This document shows positions 7,585 through 13,904 of a stretch of 37,894 bases of DNA, piece after piece. The DNA comes from a virus (lineage: Duplodnaviria; Caudoviricetes). The position numbers and the translations under genes are program-made. Numbering within the stretch: the stretch's first letter is position 1; each line of letters begins with the position of its first letter. Location of the stretch: the IMG/VR virus record IMGVR_UViG_3300029183_000013, positions 1 through 37,894 of that record; one strand, 5' to 3'. The notes beneath the pieces are model-generated. The model worked only from the letters and a program-made list of their open reading frames with translations, made no database searches and was not told where the DNA came from.

Positions 7585-8263
7585 AGATGATTTTGTATTC
7601 CATCCATTTCACTGTGCTTATGTGGCAGACACCATTGATCGCCTGATTCTGGCCGATAAGAAGGTCGCTATTGAAAGGCGAGAAAACTTTTGGACCATTG
7701 GTATGTCTACCTACAAGGATGGATACAAGGATCTTGATGCCGCCCAGGTGAAGGATAATAACCTTATGATGTGGGCAGCCTTCGGGGACTTACTTCGATT
7801 CCAGTTGGAGTGGTTTGAGGATTTGCTCAAAGCTGAGGTGGATTACTTTCCGAACCTCCCGCTCCCCGGATTCCACGTCTTCAAATATTGTAAGGAATTT
7901 GAACAACCGCTTGCTCGACCTCATGTGGATGTCCCCTTTAATAAATACGATTGGGGAAAGCGTGTCGGCTATGATGGGATTTTCACATGGGTTGTCCCGG
8001 TCGAGGTTCCTGAAGGGGCAGGAATGTTTGTATGGGACTTAGACGCCATGGATATGCACAAAATGGGTGCTGAAGTAGTTGTGGCACAGGCCCGAGCCAC
8101 GGATCCGGCTCTTTTTGTTGAGCACAAAGTGGACAGGATGTGCCTTCATAGTGGCAAATGGGTCCACATGATTAAGCCATTTGAGAAGGAAACGGATTCG
8201 ATGAGGATAACTCTACAAGGACACGCTGTTTTTATTGATGGCGTGTGGAGGTTGTACTGGTAA
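7574..8263 (+). CDS. 2OG-Fe(II) dioxygenase-like protein
   Basis: HVD (HxD), distal His in KWVHMI, RITLQG (RxT) 2OG-binding motif, LPGFHVF strand; GGAGG RBS. Confidence 0.75.
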   Translation: MKIEDDFVFHPFHCAYVADTIDRLILADKKVAIERRENFWTIGMSTYKDGYKDLDAAQVKDNNLMMWAAFGDLLRFQLEWFEDLLKAEVDYFPNLPLPGFHVFKYCKEFEQPLARPHVDVPFNKYDWGKRVGYDGIFTWVVPVEVPEGAGMFVWDLDAMDMHKMGAEVVVAQARATDPALFVEHKVDRMCLHSGKWVHMIKPFEKETDSMRITLQGHAVFIDGVWRLYW

Positions 8264-8523
8264 TGGAAACAGAAGATAAAGCCGACGACTGGGACATCCT
8301 AGATCTCAGGGAAAAGAATTGCTATGAGGTCAGTGTACGCATAAACGCAGAGCTTGCAAAAGATGTCCAGAGATGTCTTGTAGCTTTAAAAGATGCGTGG
8401 AAAGAACTGCAAATAATCAAGGAGCGAGCCGAGCATGAGTCTAAATCTATTGAACACGCTGTCCAAATGCTTAGGAAATATTATCCATTCGGAGAAAAGC
8501 CACCATGGGAGGAAAAGCGATGA
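8263..8523 (+). CDS. hypothetical protein
   Basis: TAATG overlap; GGAGG RBS upstream. Confidence 0.7.
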   Translation: METEDKADDWDILDLREKNCYEVSVRINAELAKDVQRCLVALKDAWKELQIIKERAEHESKSIEHAVQMLRKYYPFGEKPPWEEKR

Positions 8524-8941
8524 GTATTCGGGGGAACACACAGATCAAGGGGACGACTACGACGGGCCATTCTCGCACGAGATCTGGCAAGGGGAGAGGT
8601 TCCTCGCCGACCTTAAGGGATATTTGGCCTCAGATGTCGTCAAAGGATACGAAGACTACAAGTCCAGATACTTCGACCTCGAAGACGAGTCAAAAAAAGA
8701 GCGTAAAGAATTAATCAAGGAAATTTCTAGGCTCAAGGTCAAACACACCAAAAAGGCTCTGCGCCTTGGTGTAATGATGAAGTTTATAGAATGGCAACAT
8801 GAGCTTGTCCTTGGAACAAATAGAACCAAAGGATACCCCACCCCCGAGGAGTGGGAGTTGATTGTAACGAGATTTAAAAAAATTAAAAAGGAACACGAAA
8901 ATGAGCGACGAGCCCAAGACGATCAAGGATCAGATAGTTGA
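8435..8941 (+). CDS. hypothetical coiled-coil protein (start uncertain)
   Basis: Protein-like composition from about 8520; AAGGAG 10 nt before ATG 8435; 89-nt overlap with upstream gene. Confidence 0.6.
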   Translation: MSLNLLNTLSKCLGNIIHSEKSHHGRKSDEYSGEHTDQGDDYDGPFSHEIWQGERFLADLKGYLASDVVKGYEDYKSRYFDLEDESKKERKELIKEISRLKVKHTKKALRLGVMMKFIEWQHELVLGTNRTKGYPTPEEWELIVTRFKKIKKEHENERRAQDDQGSDS

Positions 8942-9197
8942 CTATTGCGACTCGGAGGAGGGCGCAATCAAAACAATCCGCTTGCTATCAGGTGCATTCA
9001 ACCCTACAATCGCGGTAGACTTGCTTGCAATTATCAATATGATTGCAAGGTGCGAGGAGGGGGACTGCGACAAGGAAACTCTCCGCTCAATTGTAACAAA
9101 AAAGCAGGATGAAGTGGCAGAGCACAACGAGAAACAAAAAAGCCGACCGATTATTCATGGCGCGAAACCAAAGAAACTGTGGATCCCCAAGAAATGA
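8901..9197 (+). CDS. hypothetical protein
   Basis: AAGGA RBS; ATGA overlap with next gene. Confidence 0.7.
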   Translation: MSDEPKTIKDQIVDYCDSEEGAIKTIRLLSGAFNPTIAVDLLAIINMIARCEEGDCDKETLRSIVTKKQDEVAEHNEKQKSRPIIHGAKPKKLWIPKK

Positions 9198-9613
9198 ATT
9201 TGGGGATACTAGACAAGAAGTCGTTCGATGAGTTTAAGGAAAAGCAAGTTGCCTGTATAGTAGGTGAACTCATTGCAATTGGTTGGGACATAGAAAAAGC
9301 CGAGCTTCATGCTGAATGGTGTTCTAAGCAGGCACAGATACAGAGGATCCTCCACAATCAAGATGGAGTACAAATTGGTTGGATTGAGTGGTCAGGATAC
9401 GGACGTGTTCTCTGGTTCAATTATATTTTTATCGAAGAAAAATGGAGAGGCTTTGGTTACGCGGCGGATGCCATACAGACAGTAATTAAAAATTATAAGA
9501 CACAGGCAAGCGTTGTCCAAGCATCAAACTACACGATCAATGAATCTGGACGAAAGGTACTAGAACGCTTAGGCTTTAAGCCTATTGCAACGTCATATCA
9601 GCTTGGCAACTAA
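9194..9613 (+). CDS. GNAT-family acetyltransferase
   Basis: Motif A EEKWRGFGYA; motif B NESGRKVLERLGF. Confidence 0.8.
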   Translation: MNLGILDKKSFDEFKEKQVACIVGELIAIGWDIEKAELHAEWCSKQAQIQRILHNQDGVQIGWIEWSGYGRVLWFNYIFIEEKWRGFGYAADAIQTVIKNYKTQASVVQASNYTINESGRKVLERLGFKPIATSYQLGN

Positions 9614-9638
9614 CGACATCTTGGGGGACAATAATGGC

Positions 9639-9839
9639 ATGGATCAGTGCCCAACTTGCGGATCAAAAGAAATGTATTCTTACACACAAAGAGTGGGTAC
9701 AGGGTATTCCATTAAAGAAAACAGATATGTTTGCGGGGGAGAAACACGCACCGAGCTGCCCGAGCACAGAACAACGTGGATTAGCCAATGCCCAATCGGA
9801 CTGCAATACGAACGGAAAAGTTTCTTACCAAGGAATTAG
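9639..9839 (+). CDS. small Zn-ribbon protein
   Basis: MDQCPTCGS...VCGG...QCP; GGGGGA RBS. Confidence 0.65.
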   Translation: MDQCPTCGSKEMYSYTQRVGTGYSIKENRYVCGGETRTELPEHRTTWISQCPIGLQYERKSFLPRN

Positions 9840-10018
9840 ACGATCTCATAAAAAAAGTAATGGACTGCCCCACCCCCGAGGAGCACACACTCTCCTGTAT
9901 CTTAGCGATCATGGACGAAACTCTACAGCTATTCGAGAAGACCGAATACAAAGAAGTGATTTGGCAGACGTATTATGAGATCGAGGAGTATATCAAACAA
10001 AAAGATCAAGGTCAGTAA
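9788..10018 (+). CDS. hypothetical protein
   Basis: Protein-like helical composition; fills the gap before the helicase. Confidence 0.65.
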   Translation: MPNRTAIRTEKFLTKELDDLIKKVMDCPTPEEHTLSCILAIMDETLQLFEKTEYKEVIWQTYYEIEEYIKQKDQGQ

Positions 10019-10068
10019 AGGAGCCCCGTCCATGGGGCTAGAATCCCATCCTTGGAAACGGTGCTTTC

Positions 10069-11562
10069 ATGGATGAGTATATCCTGCCTGATAAGTTTTT
10101 CAAAGTTAAACCTTGGGATCACCAAAGGCTCGCTGCCAGTAGGGCCGCCCTTTCACCTGACGGCTATGGTTTCTTTTTTGAAGTTGGAGCCGGAAAAACC
10201 AAAACACTGATAGATACTCTCCGTTACAAGTATATGAAAAGCGGTGGGATTGTTAGAACATTAATATTTGGGCCGGTGATAGTGTTGGAGAATTGGAAAC
10301 GCGAGATTATATTCCACTCCAAAATAACTGAGGATAGTATTCGGATTTTGTCAGGGTCTCAGAAACAAAGGCTAAAGATTCTTGAAGAAGTTTATGATCG
10401 TGATGACGTTATTTTAATCACGAATTACGAGGTTCTTTCTCGTATGAAAGAGCTTTCAGAAAAACTTCTTTCTTGGTCGCCGGTAATTTGCGGTTGGGAC
10501 GAATCTCACAGGTGTAAAAACATCCAAGCGAAACAAACAAAGGTAGCAATAAAGTTCGCAGACACAGCCCAATACAATTATCTATTGTCTGGCACTCCCA
10601 TATTGAACTCGTTGATCGATGTTTTTTCTCAAATGCGCATTCTTGATAAGGGTCGAACATTCGGTGATTCCTTCTTCGCTTTTCGTGGACGGTATTTTTA
10701 CGACAAAAATTCAGGAATGTCTCGTGATAAATATTTTCCAGACTGGAGACCAAGACAGGGGGCAGATGAAGAAGTCAAAAGGTTGATTAAAGCTAAATTT
10801 ATGCACGTTGAAAAATCTCAGTGCTTAGATCTCCCCCCCTTAGTCAAGAAAACCATACCTATAAAATTATCCGGTGAGCAAGCAAAAGCGTATGAATCCA
10901 TGCTAAAAAATTTCATCGCATTCGTTGTAGAAAATGACCAGAATAAGGCCGCTGTCGCAGAACTCGCTCTGACAAAGGCTTTGAGGCTACAGCAGATAAC
11001 CACGGGCTTCGTAGGGATCGAAGATTTGGATTCTAAAAAATCGATTCACCGCTTCAAAAAGAATCCGAGGAAAGAAGCCTTACATGAGCTGCTATCAGAA
11101 TTGACACCCCACCATAAGGTTATTGTGTGGGCAGTATGGAAAGAAAACTATGAAGACATAAGGAGTGTATGTGAAAAGCTCAAAGTTGAATACGTTGAAG
11201 TCCATGGTTCTATCAAACAGGCCGATAAAGTTAGTGCGGTGGATACTTTCAATGGCGACCCTAGCTGTCGTGTTCTCATTGGTCATCCTGGTTCGGGTGG
11301 TATTGGAATTAATCTTGTTGCTTCTGATGTTAGCGTATTCTATTCGCGGACATTCTCCTTGGAGTATGACATACAGGCTGAAGCGCGTAATTATCGCGGC
11401 GGAAGTGAACGGCATGATAAAGTTACAAGGATAGACTTGGTGGCACCGGGCACAATTGATGAGCAAGTAGTTGAAGCACTTGCAAGCAAAAAGCAAATTG
11501 GCTATAAAGTTTTGAAAGATTTTGTTTTGCCATCTGCGGGCGGCGTCTGCGCAGACAAATAA
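10069..11562 (+). CDS. SNF2-family (SF2) helicase/ATPase
   Basis: Q motif WDHQ; Walker A EVGAGKT; DESH; LSGTPILN; GGIGINL; QAEARNYRGG. Confidence 0.92.
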   Translation: MDEYILPDKFFKVKPWDHQRLAASRAALSPDGYGFFFEVGAGKTKTLIDTLRYKYMKSGGIVRTLIFGPVIVLENWKREIIFHSKITEDSIRILSGSQKQRLKILEEVYDRDDVILITNYEVLSRMKELSEKLLSWSPVICGWDESHRCKNIQAKQTKVAIKFADTAQYNYLLSGTPILNSLIDVFSQMRILDKGRTFGDSFFAFRGRYFYDKNSGMSRDKYFPDWRPRQGADEEVKRLIKAKFMHVEKSQCLDLPPLVKKTIPIKLSGEQAKAYESMLKNFIAFVVENDQNKAAVAELALTKALRLQQITTGFVGIEDLDSKKSIHRFKKNPRKEALHELLSELTPHHKVIVWAVWKENYEDIRSVCEKLKVEYVEVHGSIKQADKVSAVDTFNGDPSCRVLIGHPGSGGIGINLVASDVSVFYSRTFSLEYDIQAEARNYRGGSERHDKVTRIDLVAPGTIDEQVVEALASKKQIGYKVLKDFVLPSAGGVCADK

Positions 11563-11632
11563 GGAGAGAGGTTGCAAACTCAATCCGAACAGTGGGGAAA
11601 TGGTGTACATGGTTCGAGTCCATGGTTCCTTG
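11561..11632 (+). ncRNA. tRNA-like element (perfect T-arm, acceptor-like stem, no valid anticodon arm)
   Basis: CATGG-TTCGAGT-CCATG T-arm at 11608-11624; AAGGAG pairs with TTCCTT; GGTT/AATC D-like stem; 72 nt. Confidence 0.45.
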
Positions 11633-11701
11633 GCCCGTAGGTGGCAGCTTTTTAATAACCAGCTAGGAGTCCGGCTTTGAGGGACGAGAAAAGGAGACAT
11701 T

Positions 11702-12112
11702 ATGAGTACGACAATCGAGGAACTAGATGAAATGTGTAGAAAGGTTAAAGAACTGGCTAACATTCGGGACCAAAAAAACGAGGAGAAAAAAGAAGCTGAA
11801 AAGACTTTCCAAATTGCACAACAGGAACTTATTACGTTACTTGAGAAACATGGAAAAACAGAATACCAAACTCCAGAGGGAAAATTCAAAATCAGCGCAA
11901 TCGAAAGGTGGAAAATAACCAATAAAGACGATGCTGTGACGTGGCTTAAGGACATTGGAAAATTTGATGACTTGGCTTCAGTCAATGCGAACACGTTCTC
12001 TGCTTTTGTTAAAGACTTAGTTCATAAGAAGCGCGAAGAAGGTGATTTTGTTTGGTGTCCACCGGGAGTTGAAGATGCAACAACAGACTACAAAAAGGTG
12101 AAAATATCATGA
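11702..12112 (+). CDS. hypothetical protein of the helicase-SSB-PolA module
   Basis: AAGGAG RBS; N-terminal coiled coil; C-terminal PPGV. Confidence 0.8.
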   Translation: MSTTIEELDEMCRKVKELANIRDQKNEEKKEAEKTFQIAQQELITLLEKHGKTEYQTPEGKFKISAIERWKITNKDDAVTWLKDIGKFDDLASVNANTFSAFVKDLVHKKREEGDFVWCPPGVEDATTDYKKVKIS

Positions 12113-12411
12113 GCAAGAAAGAAGAAAAGATCGAAATTACTCCACTACAAATTATCACAGGAGCCTACGAAAAGGCTGTGGCTGAGATCAACGATTTGTC
12201 TAAGCAGATCGAAGAAGACTATCAGAGCCGAGGTGGCGTTAGCCCCAAGGTAGCCAAGGAAATGGCAAAAGAAAGATGGATTCTGGGTGGAATTTTTATG
12301 TTGAGTAATAAGAACGCAGGAAAAGAAATAGCAGCCGAATTGACCGCAAAAATTCAAGAACAACGAGACAAAGAAAACAAGATAGACGAGGAGATAAAGA
12401 ATGCCGACTAA
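12109..12411 (+). CDS. hypothetical protein
   Basis: AAGGTG RBS; ATGA overlap. Confidence 0.75.
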   Translation: MSKKEEKIEITPLQIITGAYEKAVAEINDLSKQIEEDYQSRGGVSPKVAKEMAKERWILGGIFMLSNKNAGKEIAAELTAKIQEQRDKENKIDEEIKNAD

Positions 12412-13288
12412 TGAAATAGCAACTCAAGAAACAAAAGCCATGGCGAACCCTTTTGATATGCAAGAAGGGCAAGGATCAACCACTCTTGATTCATCTGACA
12501 TTCAGATACCCAGACTTCACCTGTTACAAGGATTGAGTGAGGGTGTCGCTGAGGGTGATTACAAACAGGGAGACATTCTCCACACCGGAGCCCAAGAAGT
12601 TCTTGGTGGACCAAAGAAACCTGTTGAAATTATCCCGTTCTTTGTCACCAAAGTTTCTCAAAAGTTCCGTACAGATGTGACACCCAAGGAATACATTCTC
12701 ACCGAACCGTTTGCAAATCAGCCGTGGGAGGAGGAGAATTATGAATGGGAGAAGAACGATGGAACAAAAATCAGTTGCAAAATCAACAACTTCAAAACCT
12801 ATATCGTGTACGCTATTATCTGCGAAGATGATTCCGGTATGGGTCTCCCCGTCTCTATCACCTTCAGAAGCTCTGCTGGTAAAGATGGACAGAAGATTGC
12901 GAGCCACTTCGCAACAGTCATGCAGTTTAACAAGCTCAAAAGTGGAACTCCGAATTTTCAACCTCAGCCACCCTGGAACTCAGTCTGGCAACTGACCAGT
13001 GAGTTAAAAAAGGGCAAGAACGAAGCCTATTTTAAATGGGTCGCCAAGAAGTCCAGAAAGCCTACGGAGATGGAGCTTTCCGAGTGTGCCCAATGGGAGG
13101 TCGCCATTGCAGCGCAGGCTCAGAAGTATGTAGAGGCTGCTGGAGACACGGAATTTCAACAATCGCCCGCCCCACAACAAACAACAGAAGCGAAGGTTGT
13201 AGAGCCTCAGAAGCCACTGAAAAATCATGCCCCTGGCGCAGAGAATCCACCGCAAGAAGAAGAAGAAATGGACGATATTCCATTCTAA
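12401..13288 (+). CDS. putative single-stranded DNA-binding protein
   Basis: Acidic tail EEEEMDDIPF like bacterial SSB C-termini; DIQIPRLHLLQ N-terminal motif; position between helicase and polymerase. Confidence 0.75.
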   Translation: MPTNEIATQETKAMANPFDMQEGQGSTTLDSSDIQIPRLHLLQGLSEGVAEGDYKQGDILHTGAQEVLGGPKKPVEIIPFFVTKVSQKFRTDVTPKEYILTEPFANQPWEEENYEWEKNDGTKISCKINNFKTYIVYAIICEDDSGMGLPVSITFRSSAGKDGQKIASHFATVMQFNKLKSGTPNFQPQPPWNSVWQLTSELKKGKNEAYFKWVAKKSRKPTEMELSECAQWEVAIAAQAQKYVEAAGDTEFQQSPAPQQTTEAKVVEPQKPLKNHAPGAENPPQEEEEMDDIPF

Positions 13289-13304
13289 TGAGAGGATAAG
13301 GGAC

Positions 13305-13362
13305 GCGGGTGCAAAAGGGGAGTTGATCGGCCCTGGTCGGTAGTACCGGCCCGCCCGCACCA
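13305..13362 (+). ncRNA. 58-nt D-armless tRNA-like element with encoded ACCA
   Basis: GCGGGTG/CGCCCGC 7-bp stem followed by ACCA; stacked GGTCG/CGGCC stem with 7-nt loop; AGGG/CCCT hairpin. Confidence 0.5.
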
Positions 13363-13373
13363 AGGAGACATTG

Positions 13374-13562
13374 ATGCCGTTTAAGTCGAAAGCCCAGAGG
13401 GATAGAATGTTGAGAATGGTCAGAGAAGGCCATGTGTCTATGGAGAAGTTTGAGGAGATGGATAAAGACACCCCCGAGAACTTGCCAGAGAGGCTAAACA
13501 TAAAACCCCGATTTGTGAAAGAAGTAAAAATACAAAAACCAATTAAACCTGCAAGCAATTGA
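13374..13562 (+). CDS. small basic phage protein (MPFKSKAQR N-terminus)
   Basis: AAGGAG RBS at 13362-13367. Confidence 0.75.
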   Translation: MPFKSKAQRDRMLRMVREGHVSMEKFEEMDKDTPENLPERLNIKPRFVKEVKIQKPIKPASN

Positions 13563-13602
13563 CATTGTTGCTTGCATCTGGTTAGGTATTTTGTCTTGTC
13601 AA
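13550..13602 (+). promoter_or_regulatory. probable promoter with palindromic operator
   Basis: TGCAAGCAA (13550-13558) and TTGCTTGCA (13568-13576) form an inverted repeat enclosing TTGACA (13559-13564); CTTGTCAA at 13595; upstream of a small basic protein and PolA. Confidence 0.55.
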
Positions 13603-13625
13603 CAACAGCAAAAACTGGAGTAAAA

Positions 13626-13904
13626 ATGACGGAAAAAGAGATTCTTTACGCTCGAATCAGTCCAAAGAACCGCATCTATGTTGAAACATTGAGTTTAAAG
13701 AATAATCAGCCAATGAGCACTTGCATCGATGAGCTGATTACTGCCCAGCGACTTGGGCGACCAATGAAACTTGAGAAAAAAGTCCCTTCTCGCCAAGAGT
13801 CTTTCGAGAGAAAGAAGAAAAACCAAAAGGAAAGGTTACAAAAACTTAAAGAGAAATATGGGACAAGAAAGAGAAAGACTGTTAGTCAGTCGGCAACTAT
13901 TTGA
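13626..13904 (+). CDS. putative DNA-binding regulator (ribbon-helix-helix-like)
   Basis: GGAG RBS; alternating N-terminal strand ILYARIS, two helices (SLKNNQPMSTCIDELI) and a basic tail; fold is an inference. Confidence 0.6.
   Translation: MTEKEILYARISPKNRIYVETLSLKNNQPMSTCIDELITAQRLGRPMKLEKKVPSRQESFERKKKNQKERLQKLKEKYGTRKRKTVSQSATI

Noticed and set aside
8836-9883. 16-bp exact repeat CCCCACCCCCGAGGAG at 8836-8851 and 9868-9883
   Set aside because: Both copies encode PTPEE in frame; a single 16-mer pair in 38 kb is not clearly beyond chance; no flanking similarity seen
11608-11632. T-arm fragment as an attP core for integration into a host tRNA gene
   Set aside because: No integrase in the window, and the site lies inside the replication operon; cannot be excluded without a host genome search
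11095-11994. 299-aa antisense ORF spanning the helicase end and the next gene
   Set aside because: F/S/L-rich composition typical of the antisense of E/K-rich genes; no motifs; overlaps well-supported genes
11561-13362. Calling the two tRNA-like elements as functional tRNA genes
   Set aside because: One lacks an anticodon stem and CCA; the other lacks a D arm and the TTCRA loop; no anticodon can be assigned
13004-13558. Antisense ORFs across the SSB end and the GC-rich gap
   Set aside because: No RBS or motif support; opposite to well-supported genes
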